Assembly: GCA_009103225.1 (NCBI GenBank)
Contig: RHPI01002402.1
Location: 715,412 to 779,411 of the forward strand
Direction: 5' to 3'
DNA length: 64,000 nucleotides
Source of the DNA: Chlorokybus atmophyticus
Lineage: Eukaryota; Plantae; Mesostigma and Chlorokybus algae
Shown: in pieces, positions 50,706-64,000 of the stretch
How positions within the stretch are numbered: position 1 is the stretch's first letter
How the letters are laid out: each line of letters starts with the position of its first letter
The notes under the pieces: model-generated
Told to the model about the DNA's origin: nothing
Database searches by the model: none
What the model saw: only the letters and a program-made list of their open reading frames with translations
Position numbers and translations under genes: made by a program

Positions 50706-53166
50706 ATGCTGCGGATGACGGCGCCGTGCGTGGCGGCGGCGAGAGCATTGGCTGTGAGCCCGGCAGCGGCGGCGGCGCATGGGGTAGAGAGAGGTGCGCT
50801 AGCATCGCCTTGTAAGCAATCGTGCGCAGCAGCCTGGAGGCCGCCGCAGCGTGTGGCGGTGTCCTGGAGAGGCTCCACCATGTCCGCCACCGCCATGTCC
50901 GCCACGCCGTCTCCGCTGTCAGCAGGGGCACCGGACACCGCCGCCGCCGCCGCCAAGCCCTTTGTCCCGCCCGCTGGATACTCTCTGGGCAGTGCGTGCA
51001 GAGTGCCGGGGCTGAAGCTGCAGGACCATTGGTGAGTGATCTGGACCATTCGATGAGGGTTTGAACGGTCCGATTACGAGCGGCCCACCCAGCGGCTTGG
51101 TTATAGCGATAGATATATCTTGCTGTTGACGACAACGAGGAGGTTGCCGTAAACTAATGAGTAAGGAAAACAAAGCGGCCGGTCGATGCCGGCCGCGGCG
51201 TCACTAGCTTTTGACGCCACGCAATATTTGGCGGGCTCAAGAGGCCAGCCGGGCGTAGAGACCGCCTCTTTGCGGGACTCGCCTGCGCAAGGCCTCCGGC
51301 CACCACACAGCCACACCCATACACACATATGCTTCGTGCATGCCAGCAGTAGTAAGTTGGGCTATGCAGTAGCAAGCTATGTCTCCGTTGCGCTCTTGAC
51401 GCACAGGTGGGGATAGTGACCCAGGCAGGCACCCAGTGTGCAGAGTGTGTACGAGGCACACTCACTGCAGTATTGTGCTGCATTGCTGCAGCAGCAGTGT
51501 CATCTGACGCGTTCCTCGCCTTTGTTTCTCTCTCCCCACGACCAGGTTTGACGTGCCGCTGGACTACAACGGCACCGACGGAGATGGGCGGCGCCTGCGC
51601 ATCTTCGCGCGCGAGGCCGTGGCTGCAGGCAACGAGGACAAGGCCGCCTCCCTGCCCTGGCTGCTGTATCTTCAAGGAGGCCCTGGCTTTGAGGCCCCGC
51701 GACCCACAGGTGCGTGCACGCGCGTGTGTCTGTTTGTGTCATAGTGTTGGTGATGGTGGCGGTGATGGTGATGGCATTGGTAATGGTCAGAGGCGAGCGG
51801 GTGGGTGAAGCAAGCATCGAAGGAATTTCGGGTGCTGCTGCTGGATCAGCGAGGCACGGGGCGCTCCACGCCGATATCTGCGGCGGCTTTAAGCAAGCTG
51901 GGGGATGCGGAGCAGCAGGCTGCATTCCTTCAACATTTCCGTGCGGACAACATTGTCCGCGATGCTGAAGCCATCCGAGCCATACTAGCCAAGGGAGAGA
52001 AGTGGACCGTGTTGGGTGCGTGCACACAAGCCGACATTGGGACTAGCAGTAGCTTCCTTACTGGACACACTTCCCTTGTCACAGTGTACTCTGTGCATCG
52101 CTGCACATATGTTTGATACAACTTGTTTGTTAGGTCAGAGTTTCGGTGGCTTCTGCACGTTGACATACCTTAGCTTCCACCCTCATGGCTTGCGAGAGTG
52201 CTTACTTACGGGCGGTTTGCCCCCACTCGGCCCAGGATGCACTGCCGATTCAGTGTACCGCGCGTTGACTCCTCGCGTCATCACCCAGAACATGAAGTAT
52301 TACTCGCGCTTCCCTGAAGATGCACAGGTACAAGTCATTGCAAAACAAGCCTCAATCCTTCTTACCTTGCACAATATATGGCATAAGTAGCGGCAACCTG
52401 GCTGTTCTCAAGGTGGCGCTTGTTGGTCATGTATCAGGTTGTGCGCGACATCGTGCAGTACTTGGATTCGCAGCCCGAAGGAGGTGTGGCGCTGCCTTCA
52501 GGTGGTGTGCTGACGTCGAGGGGCTTGCAATGGTTGGGTTTGAGTTCGTTAGGTTCAGCTGGAGGCTTTGAGAGGTTGCACTTCATGCTCGAGCGTGCGT
52601 GGGAGACTGACCTGACTGGGGACTTGAGTGCGGATGCGCAAGGCACAAAGACCTTGAGCCACACCTTCTTGAGAGCATATGAAAACGCTCTGAGTTTTGA
52701 CACCAATATATTGTACGCGTTGCTGCACGAGGCGATCTACTGCGAAGGTGCGGCATCGCGGTGGTCCGCAGCACGCGTGCAAGAAGAGTTCCCGCAGTTC
52801 ACACCACAAGGCGACGGCGTTGAGGGCAAAGTCCTCTTCACCGGTGAGATGATCTTTCCCAACATGTTCAAGTGCGGTGTCTTAGTACCGCTGATGCAAA
52901 CGGCTGAGGTCGTGGCCAATATGCGCGAGTGGCCGCCTTTGTATGATGCCAAGGCGCTGCGGAAGAACACTGTTCCCGTCGCAGCGGCTGTGTACACTGA
53001 GGACTTGTATGTGGACTACAATATGTCGCAGGCGACCGCGGCCAACATCAAAGGCATACGCCTGTGGACAACCAACCAGTACCAGCACTCGGGCCTGCGC
53101 GAAGATGGCGCTGCTGTGCTAGAACGATTGCTGAGCATGGTCAGAGACCACATACCCTTGAATTAA
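50706..53166 (+). CDS. PIP: Proline iminopeptidase (alpha/beta hydrolase) with organellar transit peptide
   Basis: DHW|FDVPLDY; LLYLQGGPGFEAPRP; LLLDQRGTGRSTP; FRADNIVRDAE; nucleophile motif VLG|QSFGGF; VYTEDLYVD; NQYQHSGLRED. Confidence 0.93.
51145..51297 (+). ncRNA. U12: U12 snRNA (minor spliceosome)
   Basis: 5' UGCCGUAAACUAAUGAGUAAGGAAAACAAAGC matches plant U12, including the branch-point recognition GUAAGGA. Stem-loops GCGGCCGG/CCGGCCGC and GGCGUCA/UGACGCC; Sm-like AAUAUUUGG; 3' CCGCCUCUUUGCGGGA resembles U12 SLIII; length ~150 nt. Confidence 0.92.
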
Positions 53167-53585
53167 TGTCACTGGCTTGTTGTACAGTCTGACGAAGCAC
53201 ACCCTATCAGTCACATAATTCAAGTGAACGGCATGCCATACTGACAGTTGATTTGCCCTTTGACGATGTACATAGATCTCCAAGACTATTCTACACATGC
53301 CATGAATGCAACACACTGTGTGTATGGCACACTGACCCCTACGACAACAGGCAAGAGAGTCAGACAACTCATTGGCACTTGTAAATGTCACGTGCCATGG
53401 TGCAGGCAGATCATCTTATCGAATGCCAACATAAACTAAAATCCAATCGGAATTCTCAAGCTAAACCTCACAAGAAACCGTAGCAATTGCCTACACAACA
53501 ATACTATTGACTGCACTCTATGTCTTACTCCAGTGCTTACTCCAGTGCACGCGCAAGCTTGCAACTTGATGTCGCTTGAAACCCG

Positions 53586-56500
53586 TCAACTGCGCTTGGC
53601 AAACAGTTGCTTCCCTGCAAGACATGGTGGTAGATCTCAGCGGAGCACAACGCATCATCAACACAAGCTGCGCGTATTGTAACGGTAAGGGTGTGCATAT
53701 GCTGTCACACGGCATGCAACTTGCAAAGTACATGCTACCTTTTTTCTTCAGGTAACCCTTCAGGCCAGTATGACGCTTCTTCAGCTGCAGACCGTCCGAC
53801 CTCCTGTTAACCACCTCTACACTTGAAGAGTCGGTCGCATGGCGTGACGATGAAGGGCTGAGCATTGTTGTGGGTTGTCCGTCAGTCTCAACGGACTGTC
53901 CACTAGCTGTACTGGTAAGCGTAGGGCTCTTGACAGGAGTTTGCTGACGGCCGGAGAAACTGCTTTCGGAGCTATCTGTGCGTTCAAACCTGCCTGGCCC
54001 ACGCATCACAGAGCCGAGACGACCGGGACTGCCATCCCTAGGCTGAGTGAGCACGCTGCGCTCCATCGGCGCATCTTTGGAACGCTTGCCCTGCAAAGCA
54101 ATTAACATTCATATTGTTTGAGACAACATGATGTGTCAAGGTCAAGGAGTGCTGTCTTGCACACAGCATACCTGCATGCCGGCAAGCGACTTCAAGACAC
54201 ACCACAGTATGTGCTTCCTGCACATGTTGTACAGGCCCCACCAGCTGCCTGTGTAGTTGGCATACACTTGCGGGCTGACACGAAGCCACAGATCGTTGAA
54301 CGACATGGGTCGGCCTTCGTAGGACACAGACACTTGCAGCTGACATCAAGGAGGTTAGCCACTGTGTTTGGAGCAAAAGAGATAGGTGGCAAATGAGCGC
54401 GCGTGGCAGTGTGTGTGTTCTTGTTGTCAGCATTACCTCATTGAAGCGGACGTAACTGAAAAGCTGTGAGTTCAGCCGTGCATCATCATCAGCCGCACGA
54501 TCTGTCTTGCGGGAGTCGCTACTGCTGGCCTGCCTGGAATGTGTCGGCCTGTCCTGTGCAGCACTGAAGGAAGGAATGTCCTCGAAAGTAATTGCCGGTT
54601 GCCGGAGCGATTGAGTGGGTTCATCCTCGCGCTTGAGTGCTGAACCACCACTCCACGAGCTATGGCGCTGGTGCTTGCTGTGCGGCTTCTTCGCTTGCTG
54701 CAGAGTTGCAACAAACTTGTTGTCGTATACTGAAAAACACACAGTCCACATCCCACACATGTCCATACAAGCATCAACTACTTACCGTGCTCGGCTGCGA
54801 GCCGTCAGGGCCTTGAGATGATTTGCTTGCAGGCATCACCACCTCAGGGGAAGGGTCGCGAGAGGCCACGGAACTGGTGCGGAACTGTTCGGGCACAGAT
54901 GCCTGTCGATAGTGCAGTGACCTGCGGGCGGCTTCCGGATTGGAAGACTGCCTGTAATGCAGGGGGCGCTGAGGCGTTGTTTGCTGGTCGCTAAGCACCG
55001 GAGAGGTCTCCAGACTGACAGTAACATCTGTCTGGGAGCGCTGTCTGGTGCGGCCCCAACGATACTTGCCAGAAGCAGCCGAGGGCATGAGATCCTTCCT
55101 CTTGGACGTTTCCACTTCTGTCCTTGGTGCAAAGTAGTTGTGGACGAAGGCGCCCACCGCCTCCGTCATGTGCACACGGAGCGGGAAGATACCAACCTGG
55201 TCAAGGTAACACATGTGTGCATTTATAGCTGGTGCAGGGCGCAATTGGCCTGCATGTTCTGCGGCAATATGCCACATACCTCAAAGTGCGAGATGACAGG
55301 AGTTCCAGTTGTCTTCTCCTCCTGTTTTGTGTAGATGCGCAACATAACCTCCCGTGTCCAATCCCTATTCGGATCCCAAGGCCCAAGCAGAGCCGAGTTG
55401 GAGGCGTCCTTCATCATATTGGTCAGGGCAAAGTGGTGCACAATAAAGCGAAGCACGCCAGACTCCTTTTCACCACGCAGCAATGTGAACGCAGCATCTC
55501 TCAATGATGCCTCCACACCGCAACTGCCATCACTGATCAAGCTCCAAGACACCAGTCCCAGCTGGCAGGCAAAGCGAATGGACCCTTGCTGCAAGTCACA
55601 AACGTTCAGTCAGCAAAGTGCCTGTTGATTGTTCCTGCAGCTGGTGTGCAGACAACACAACCGACCTGCTTGTTCATCCCAGAGCGTTCTGCATCTGCCC
55701 TCTTAAGGGCAGCCCTCATGACTCCTTGGGAAGCTATGAACGCCCTTTGCTCAACCGCCGCATCCGCCAGGAGCTGCTGTGACTGTACATGGTATAATGT
55801 TGGTGCGCTCATTCATGAGACGAAGTGGTAATTACAGTGTCAACTTACCAACAACTCCACACTGGCTGACTTCACCCACCACAACACGCCAACAACGGGC
55901 TCTTCCAAGGACACAGGTGCGCTCGATGGCACGAAACCAAACCCTTGCACGCTGTTGAGCAACTGCAGATCCTGCAAGGTGTTGGCCAGGGCCCATCGGC
56001 GCTGCATGAGATCGTTGCGTGCCCAAGCAACCTCCGGCGTATCACCGCCGCAGGTCTGAGTCCACAGAAGCGCGTCGACTCCCTGCTGACCCTCTCCCCC
56101 TTGCCACTGCCACCTGGGCAGAGACGCCAGAAGCAACTCGTTGACAACTCCCAGCAGGGTGGAAAACTGCTGAGGGTCCATCTCTGCAGACAGCGTGGCG
56201 GCCTGGAAGCACAGCTCCTTCAGACAGTCAACACGGCGAGGCGTGGGATCTGTCGCATCCGCCCCTTCATTCTCATGGTAACGAGTGTACTGAGCAAGAA
56301 CAGGCATAATGGATTATTCACGCCGACTGACACAACACATCTACTGCACTGACTGCATGCAGTTGGTACCTGGAACTTCATGGTGCACGGTGTAAAGACC
56401 CGCTTGAGAACGCCGCTTGAACCACGGGGACTGAGGTGGTCGTCATCTGCATCCTCTGATGTGACGACCCAACTAACCCACTGCATTCCTGCTGCCGGAT

Positions 56501-59500
56501 CAACATCCGCTTGTGCCATGTGAGCCTGCAACACCAGTAAAGTCAGACTGCATTTAAGAAAGCTGTCGCAAGGTATCACCCACCACAACCAAGCGTCCCA
56601 AACTATTGCAGGTTACGTCTCGTAACTTACAAGGTGCAAGTGTGCAGGAGTTCATCAGCCAGTCAAAATGACTGACGCTGGCGACAAGTCTTGTGGAGGC
56701 AAAGCGCCCACATGCACTCAAGAAACACTCCAATTCCAACTCGAGCTGTGGTGCTCAACATTTGCATGCACATGTTTGTGTGCGACTGTTTGTGCCAATC
56801 TGTTTCACATGGGAGCTTGAGGCGCACCTGGGCTTGCTGGAGCTGCAAAACATGGACAGTGCGCTCCCTCATCTGTTGCTCAGGTGCAAGCGTGCTGACA
56901 GGCAAGGCCACTTCTTCATTCGCAACGACCAGGGGCGGGCAATGCTTGACAACAAACCTTCCACTGGAAGCCACCAGCAAAACGCGACCCTGCAACCACA
57001 TGCTCGTGCTAGTTGGCAATTTGCAACACACAGACATGTTGTCCAATACCACCGCACAACTACGTACAGACCACCGCACCAAAGCATACCTCAGCGGCGT
57101 TATGCTGCAAATTGAACTGCGGCTGGAAGACGTCAATTACCAGTCGCACTTCACCAATGCTGTCCTGTTCGCTCAAGTTGGGCAAGGTTAAAGACTCAGA
57201 AGACTCTGTGCGTGTATGCCTTGCCGTTTGCAGAAAGGGCGACGCGCTGGCACTGTCTGTTAACTTGGGGGTACTTGCAACTGGTGTGCGAGCCCCCAGA
57301 AGCAGCGTGTACAGGTCGGAAGTCTCGGTGCTTGTGCTTGTCACCACTGTTTCATGCCAAAGCACCTCCAGTCAGCACAATACATTCCCTGCAAGATATG
57401 TCACTGGTGCAATTATGCTTGCTTGCTCACAGTTATGTGCCGATACTGGCGTGCGCTGTAGACTTGCAGTTGCTTCAGCTAACAGGCCAGCCATTGTCGC
57501 CGTGTTTGGAGTACTGGTTGCAGGTGGTGTGATAGTAAGATGAGGTGGCTTCAACGTGCGGTTCCAGGCTGTGAAGATTGAGTCTGTCCATGCCCAGATT
57601 GCATCTCGAGCTTCAAGCGTCCACAACAGCTTCAACCCATGAATGGACATGAACAAGCAACCTGGGGCGTACTGCTCGTGGCTGCCGTTGCCAGCTGCTG
57701 CTTGGGTTGGTGTTGCGCTTGCGGACTGACTGCCAGACTGTTCATGTGACTTGGTTAAAGAAAAGCTTGAAGTTGAGAAAAAAAAGTATCCCAACTTCTG
57801 GGCAATGTCCGGATTGGGAGTGGGTGCGTTGCCGGCTTCCAGTAAGGTCGCCAGCTTGCGATGCAGACGTCTTCGCTCTTTGCGTTCAATTGCAACCTGC
57901 CCACATACATACACAGTCAGCTTCCTACAGTCAGCTTCCTACAGATATAGGCCCAAATTAAGCGCAACGTCTTTGATCACAAAACTTACCTGCTGTTCAA
58001 ATTCCTCCTCGTGACTCGCAAGCAGTGACTGCAGTCCCGTGGCAGACACACCGATTGCGCTCAGGACAAGGGAAGGCACTTTGCGGCCTGGCACAGCCTG
58101 TATAACAACAGCTGTCTGCTGCTTGCCCAGTGGCGATGGCATCTTGGGTGAACGAACATCTGAAAAGCTATGGCTTGTGGCGGGACCGTCAGGGCTGGCG
58201 GACTTGGGTGTGACCAACCCGCCCCAGCTTCCGACCCGGGGCATAGGTGGTGGTACGGCTTGCTGCCGCGACAGGGTAAAGGTGTAGTTGGCATGCGATG
58301 CTGCAAAACTCAGACCTGCAGCTGGATCGTCCGGCTCGCATGCAACGTGCATCAAGCGTGATGAATGGAAGTCGAAGTCCAACTGCATACGAACGCAATC
58401 AGTCAAGCACAACGATTGACTGTGTCAACACTTGATGACCAACCGTTCCTGCCACCAGCGTGATCCAACCAAACTTGCATAGAACCAGCAAGCGAACCTG
58501 TATGCTGTTGAGCATGGATGGAAGTGATGGCAAGCGAGGCTCACTGGGCAGACGCTTGCGAGGCCGAGCAGCGCCAAAGCGTCTGCGTACCCAGCTGCGG
58601 CGAATATGGTGCGGGGGTGCTCTGAGCAGATGGCCCAATGCTCTCAACCAGACAAGCTGCTCAGGTCCGAGACACATCACTGGGCCCTGCTGCACACCGG
58701 GAGTCCCATACGGTGATGTTGCACTGGCTGATGCCTGTGTAGCCTCAGGTTCCATTCGAAGACGCATAATCAGATGCAACACGTGCGATCGAAATATATC
58801 AAAGAGATCTCCCTGAGACTTTGACAACCAAGCCTCATCTTGGCACCCTGGAGGCGGATGCAGAAAGTGCCGCTGAGGGTCGCGGTCGTCTAAGCATTGC
58901 CAGACTGGCGTGATTTTCAGCTCAGCAGAAGGCGCTTTTAGCAACTGCAAGTCGGGCATGGTGGGTAAACCAAGGCTGTGCTCTGGTGCCAAGTGTTGCA
59001 AGACGAGAAGTTCTTTGAAACGAGTCACGACCTCTTCTGCAGAGTGCATGACGCATTGCAGCATGGTTGCCGACATGCGCAGCTCATCCGTATCCCGCTG
59101 CACGTTGGGCGATGCTTGCAACGCCAGCGCCCAGCTCTGCACGATGAATGCTGCCTTGCCATGCCAGAAGTAGCGCATGCTGTCCCACCATTGCAAACCC
59201 CTGCTTGGTGCCGAGCCGATGGCCTGCAGAGCTGGTTGTTCAGCACCGGTCTGCTGCCCCATCGTACTGCCCTCACCCATTGCTGGGACGCGTCGGGGCC
59301 AACCGGCAGTTTTACCTCCCTGCCGCGAGGAAAGCCGCTTTATTGCTGCAACAACATCCACGAAAGCCGGCTCCAGGCCAACTCCCAAGCTCCATGACAC
59401 CCAATGCCAGTCACTGTTAACGTTTGTGTACAGCTTGAGATGTGGAGAACCTGCTGCAGCCGTCGACTTCATAATGCCAACCTGGCGGTCTCTGCCCAGC

Positions 59501-62500
59501 TGGGTAAAGTGCTGCCGGGGGATGCCTCGTTCCACGGCCTGTGAGACACCACAACCACAGAAATGAGATGTTTGCCTGAGCTTAACTTGCAAACTCGATG
59601 ACACAAGTGGTCACCTGCTGAGCAATCAGGACGTCTCCAGTGACAGACCAAGAACTCGACTTGACCAGAGGTTTCATGGCGCTGCGCAGATGAACCTCCA
59701 GGTTTGTAGAAAAGGCAGCAATCGTGCCGCCGTATATTTCACTGAAGGAAACCTCGCTGCTCAGCTTGTCTATCGCATTGAGCTTCTGCACGGCCTCCAC
59801 TGATCCGCCATCACAGGACCGAAACAGAAGTTCTACTTCCCTGGAGGACAAACTTAACAACGGAGGCATTGTCTGGTGTGGTGGAGCATTGCAGCCGTCA
59901 GCGCTCTGTTGACTTTTGCATTCTGCAATATACGCCGCTGAACATGCATCTGCTATGGCTGCTTCGGCAGCAGCAGACTGGGATGCCCTTTGCTCAGCAT
60001 TGTCCAGTTGCGTGTCACTTATGTGAGTGAAGTTTGTTGAAGCTTGGGATATAAACTTCTCCCGCACCACCCCTTCACCCACGACTTCCCGCATCAACCT
60101 CTGGTGTCGTTGCAGCCAGGCTTCAAAAGGGTCATCTTGCACTTCAACTTGCACGTTGAAAAAATGGACCTGTAGCCAAGCTCATCAGCAAAACGTTTTG
60201 ACTAACAGTCGACGCAAATGCAGCAACTCGCAAGGCCTGGTTCTTCTACTTCACCTTGATGCTTCCAAGCTTCATATACTTGGCGGGCTTGGGCAGAATC
60301 TGCTCAGGCGCTCTAAGCGGTTGGGGCTGAGTCAGGCCTGCGAGCCGTTGCTGGGCTGCCTGGCCTATTTTCAACAACCTTCGCACTTCCACTGCAGACA
60401 TGATCAAGGAATACACTTGCACATTGTGAGGCTGCGCAATGCGCACCCCCTTGCCCTCCACATACCAACCATGATCTCCGGGCCTCGGTGCTAAGGTTGC
60501 TTCGCGTCCTGGATTGCGGCGCAGAGGTGCATGCATTGGGGCTGTCCGCGGCTTGCTGTTGTTTGAGGTAGGAGGTTTTGGGGGGCTGTACCGCACTGCA
60601 TTGCTGTCTAGACTTAGCCTTGGCGGCCGCCTGCGGGTGAAACCAGCTGTCTTCTTCTGGCTGTTCAGTGAAGAACTGTCTGAATGATGATCGACTGGCT
60701 TCAAGTTTGAGGGTTGGTCTGACGAGGACGTCTGTGTTCCATCTGCAGGCGATTCTTGGTTGGCAACAGGTAGCTGTACAGTCATGGATCTGTACAAGGG
60801 CAGACGCACAGCAAGAAGCTCGTCAACTTGCAGCCAAGTGTGCCCATCTAATTCTGCTGTGACGTGCTGCAGCCTGCTTGCACCCCCACGCATGTCATCA
60901 CAGGTCAAAGCATTTGCTGCGGCAGACAATGTCGCTGCCACCCTCCCATGCACCAGCATTCTCGCTTTGACGCTCAGCGCCTGCAGCGCCATTTCAACCA
61001 CCGTTCTTGGCCTTTGGTAGCTGAGGGGTATGTCCGGAGGATACGCCTCTTGCTGTTTCTCAGTGTGAGTGCGCGCGACACTGGATAGCGTCCACAACTG
61101 ATGTGCAGCAAGATGCACATCTGGATCCCATTCCAAGTTTGCACCAAAGCAAAAGATGCGTAGAGTGTTGCATCCCTCGGACTCAAGGTTGCGCTTCTCA
61201 TGCTTAAGGTCCAGTGTCGCCACCTGTACCACCTGCACCTTGGGCCCGATCTGTGCACCACCCAAAGTGCTCTCAGCATAAGTAATCCGAAAACGCTGTG
61301 CGTGCAAGGACGCCACTGTCTGCTCAGCATGTGGCATGGACTCCACATGCAATGCTGCCAGGCCCAAAACAAACCGAGCAGCGTATGTGTTGTCTTCAGC
61401 TGTATCTTGCAACTCATCTTGGCCAAGCTTGAGCAGCCCAGTGGTCAAGTACACAACTTTAGTACTACTGAGCAGCAGTTTGAAGTGTCGATTTGTGCGC
61501 TTGCGAGGTGTGACAGGACCGTTGCCTGCCTCCTGAGGGGAAACTGCAGGCACAGGCGTGCTATATGCAGATGTGGTGTCGTCTGAGCCATTTTCTCGCC
61601 TGCTTTGCGCCTTAGACAGATCGTTTACCAAAAGCTTGGCAGTGCTGAGAGCTTGCAGAAGGGAAAGTAATTGTGCAGGGGTCAACGTGATCCTGGGGCC
61701 TGCTATCTCTATGCTTACTTCAGGAGTGGAATCTACTGGAGATGAGGGCAAGGAAAGTGGAGGTGATGCTACAGGTGCCACTGTTGCAGCGGCGTGTGGA
61801 CTGTTACAAGCTATTGTTACAAGGGACAACTCCAGCAAGGTGTCATCGAGAGAATGGCCGATGCTGAGCTGTGTAGTTTTCAGGACGACGCGGAGTTTTG
61901 TGGCTGTAGGTGTTCGTTTGCAAACTACAGTGACTACAGGCATGGTAGCCTGAGGACACACAATCATCAGCTGTGAAAGCGTCTTTGGACAACGCAGAGG
62001 ATTGCCAATGCAGGCAACACAGCGACTTAGTTGCTTGGTTACGTACCGTTAGCTCTGTGAGCGCTAAAACTGGTGCCGAGATGCCCACTCTCGGGCATGT
62101 CACGGTGCATGTCCATGCCAAACTCCCATTGTTGTGCAGCTTGCTGTCTATTGGGAGCCGACGCTTGCGCTGTGAAAAGCTGCTTTTAACCAGCGGCATC
62201 ACCTCTCGCACCCACTCGCAAACCGATGGCGCGAGGTCAATATGGACAGGCTGAATCCCGACGTGCAAGTTCGCGTGCAGTTCGGAGGGAAATGCCAAGG
62301 CCTGCAAGCAATTGAACTCAGTCGGCACAATGCCTTGTTGATACAACGTTATGGCAATGCCATGAAATTACCTACCTGCAACAGCAGAGCTGTAAAGGTA
62401 GGCAGTTGTGCCTTGACATGCACACCTTCCGAGTGCACAGTGGGAATGACTGTGGGCCCAAGCGACACCTGCAAGATTGGTTGAAAAACAGCAGGACTGG

Positions 62501-64000
62501 GCAGCAACTGCGACCTGCATGTTCAACCTCTCGGCATACCTCAAGTTGGCTGTAGGACGCAGCGACAGCAGTCTGCGCCGAGGCATCAGCATGGTCCCAG
62601 ACTCCAGTACTTGTAGACGTTTCACTCGTGTTTGGTTCCAGTGCAGCAGTAATATTGCTTACTGAAACGGCAGTGACACCAGCAGCGTTGCGCATGGAAA
62701 ACCGCACTATGACCTTGCCCAACCACAAGTCCACCTGCATGTGCAAGATGACCTTGGTAAAACCAGCAAGCTACCGCAGAGCAAGCTCAGTTACCTGATC
62801 TGGTGCCTTCGCGAACAGGTCAGCCTTTGGGTTGTGGGCATCACCTTGCCTTGGTTGGGTGATGCGAGGATGAGCCAACCTCTTTTGTTTGCGACGTTCA
62901 TACCAACTGAGAAGTCCTTCGGACATGTCGACACGAACCTCTTGGCAGTTGACTGATACAAAGTTGCACAGCACACCATGCTCACCAGTCCTGCCGTAAA
63001 CAGGTTGATTAAGGCACTCAGACTCGTGCTTAACATCATCATGACGCAACAGCTGGGTTGTAGAAAAGACTTGTGCAACACTACTAAGTTTCACCTGCAC
63101 ACTCCACGTTGAAACTTCCCATCCAATTGCAGCTCTTTCAAGTGCAGGCCATCTGCACCGCCAAGGTTTGCCTCGTGTGCGCTGTCTGTTTGGTCAGTAT
63201 GCACCGCAAGCTTATGTACGGCGACTTTGATCCCCAACATGTCTCCGGCTTCGTGCTTGTGTGCGGAGGCACTGAAGCTGAGTTTATGGATAACCAACTG
63301 GACGCCAGCAACCTGTTACGAACAGGATGTGAGCTGCCTGAACCCCGTGATGCCTTCACCTCATGCTGGGTGCCGAACTCTAGTTCCTGCTGTGACTTGG
63401 CGAGAGCATTTGAAAACAGGCCTTACAAAATAACTGAACAAGCAACCACAAACTACAACAAGCACTTCAGCATTGCAAGAGCCATTACCTGTGTAGCATC
63501 GACATTGAGCTCTGTAAACTTGACCTCAAGCAACCTCGCGATACGACCGATCAAGTGCCATTTGGTTCGCGCCCAGCCCGAAGTGAGACGACTCTGCCTC
63601 GCGGTGTTCGGGCTGAGCACAGCAGCATCCTGGCGTGCATCTTTGGGCCGCAGCAGCACATGCAGCCGGCGCACAGTGACCGGTAGCCTGACTGGACCTT
63701 TACGGATGAGGGCCAGGAGAGCGCCATTGTACGAGACTTCGCTGGCTCGTATGTGAGCAATGGGGCCCTGTCAGCCAAACCATCAGTACACAGCCAATAT
63801 CGAACTAAAAGGAATTGGCGACCTGCTGTGCCATGATTGCTACATGTGCACGCCTAATTTTCTCATGCCACTGTGCCAATTAGGGAATGAGACGTACCTT
63901 GCGTAAAGCCAACGTGACATTTTTCAGGCTGCCAAACTGGATGGAACCAATGCGCAGCTGGAGGCCCAGAAACTTCCGAGCAGCAAAAGATGCTGCTTGT
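53586..64000 (-). CDS. SABRE: SABRE/KIP/BLTP2 (KIAA0100, Hobbit, FMP27) bridge-like lipid transfer protein; 5' end lies outside the window
   Basis: VEVQDDPFEAWLQRH; WWDSMRYFWHG; LKLLWTLEARDAIWAW; MDPQQFSTLLGVVNELLL; C-terminal YVRFNEVM..SYEG..NDL..TGSWWGLYNMCRKHILWCVLKSLAGMQGK; last exon GKQLFAKRS*. Confidence 0.9.

Noticed and set aside
51052-51066. TGAGGGTTTGA as a possible telomerase RNA template
   Set aside because: It does not fit the TTTAGGG repeat implied by the telo-boxes, and the adjacent structured region is explained by U12.

Overview
Eukaryotic nuclear DNA from an intron-rich green-lineage organism. It is most likely an early-diverging streptophyte-grade alga; this is inferred from a WPP-domain RanGAP, an HIR protein, a CDB1/At4g37920-like protein, a SABRE/KIP homologue, telo-boxes and a U12 snRNA. 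I can model 14 complete spliced protein genes plus one 5'-truncated gene, many in head-to-head pairs: riboflavin synthase, HRD1, a membrane-anchored HECT E3, an AN1/C2H2 zinc-finger protein, alpha-tubulin, RanGAP, an LRR receptor-like protein, an F-box/LRR protein, CDB1-like, NAA38/LSMD1, HIR, cyclophilin PPIL3, a SOUL heme-binding protein, proline iminopeptidase, and the 3' ~10 kb of SABRE/BLTP2. A ~10-kb gene-poor island (24.8-34.9 kb) holds decayed repeats, perfect palindromes and a poly-C tract. Three non-coding features are invisible to the ORF track: (1) a 512-bp miniature LTR element (TRIM) whose LTR/PBS junction spells a consensus tRNA-type Pol III promoter (box A + box B); (2) a U12 snRNA gene inside intron 1 of the proline iminopeptidase gene; (3) two tandem C/D-box snoRNAs in the last intron of the SOUL gene. 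Exon boundaries were read by eye. No database search was run, so family calls rest on recognised motifs.
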